Shown piece by piece: positions 56,377 through 56,904 of a stretch of DNA of 56,904 nucleotides. Within the stretch, counting starts at the first letter, position 1, and each line of letters opens with the position of its first letter. This DNA comes from a virus (lineage: Duplodnaviria; Caudoviricetes). The translations under genes and the position numbers were made by a program. The notes beneath the pieces were generated by a model, which was not told the DNA's origin, searched no databases, and saw only the letters and a program-made list of their open reading frames with translations. Location of the stretch: the IMG/VR virus record IMGVR_UViG_3300015082_000001, positions 1 through 56,904 of that record, one strand, 5' to 3'.

Positions 56377-56653
56377 TTGATTCCCTTTCGTATGCGGGAG
56401 GCGAATGCGCTCCCGTTTCCCTGCTTGTATATATTATATCGGCATATGCGGCCCCGGCTTGAGCGAATCGCATGCATTATCTTTTTGTCTTATTTGCTAA
56501 AGGGCATGCGCCCGCATGCCGATAAGCGACGCATGCGCTCAACCCCCCCCGGCCGATCAAACCCAAACCGATCCGCACACGACCGCGCGCCACCTTACAA
56601 AAACACTGTCGAAATCTACCAAACCGTATACCCCGTTAAAAAGGAGGTATCCC

Positions 56654-56899
56654 ATGCCCAGCCCAACCATTGAGGCTGCAGCGGAGAGTATGGCCTCCGC
56701 TATCCATCAGTGGCAAAAGACTAAAAAGCCCTTCGATGCCCCATCTCCCACTACAGCCCAACGTCTAGCACATAAGGAAGCGGAAACCAGTCTTCTGGTC
56801 GCTCTTGAGAACTACTTCCGAGCCAATCCCCGATCCCTAGTCAATCCCCGAGCCCCCCGTGTTGGCAGATACCGCGTCGGCCCCTTTGCCAACTATTAG
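56654..56899 (+). CDS. hypothetical protein
   Basis: AAGGAGGT RBS before ATG 56654. Confidence 0.65.
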   Translation: MPSPTIEAAAESMASAIHQWQKTKKPFDAPSPTTAQRLAHKEAETSLLVALENYFRANPRSLVNPRAPRVGRYRVGPFANY

Positions 56900-56904
56900 G
56901 CTCT

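Noticed and set aside
56518-56530. GCCGATAAGCGAC resembling the left arm of an actinobacterial dif site
   Set aside because: The XerD arm (TTATGTCAAGT-like) is absent.
56897-56904. TAG read-through joining the last ORF to ORF 11-247 across a circular junction (in frame if ends are abutted)
   Set aside because: The junction is unverified, TAG ends many other genes normally, and a frame match has a 1-in-3 chance.

Overview
The window looks like an essentially complete ~57 kb tailed dsDNA phage genome of siphovirus type. It is apparently lytic, since no integrase is recognisable. The host is probably an actinobacterium (inferred from the DUF1906-type endolysin, the GGGAAAA slippery site, GAAAGG-type RBSs and strong C/G-ending codon use in highly expressed genes). 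Gene order: fibre-like gene, terminase large subunit, portal, scaffold, capsid, head-tail, tail and lysis genes (0.7-24.4 kb, +); a DNA metabolism/replication block (25.3-40.9 kb, +); small accessory genes (41.2-46.2 kb, -); primase-helicase with a probable origin (46.4-48.6 kb); more accessory genes, a putative terminase small subunit and a repeat-rich, compositionally odd region (55.1-56.6 kb). The most notable features are: (1) a pyrimidine-modification-like cluster with two thymidylate-synthase-fold genes that both carry the dCMP-type Asp, a dCMP deaminase, a dimeric dUTPase/dCTPase, a stand-alone UDG-family protein and a PolA with a catalytically degenerate UDG domain; (2) three dispersed, paralogous small HTH proteins with acidic segments, each at a module boundary; (3) about 13 near-identical extended -10 promoters, several followed by an ATGCGAT box, plus a 1.1 kb island with 16 GCATGC sites; (4) a perfect 48-bp inverted repeat bracketing the whole replication block. 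All product calls come from motifs and synteny read by eye; no database searches were run.
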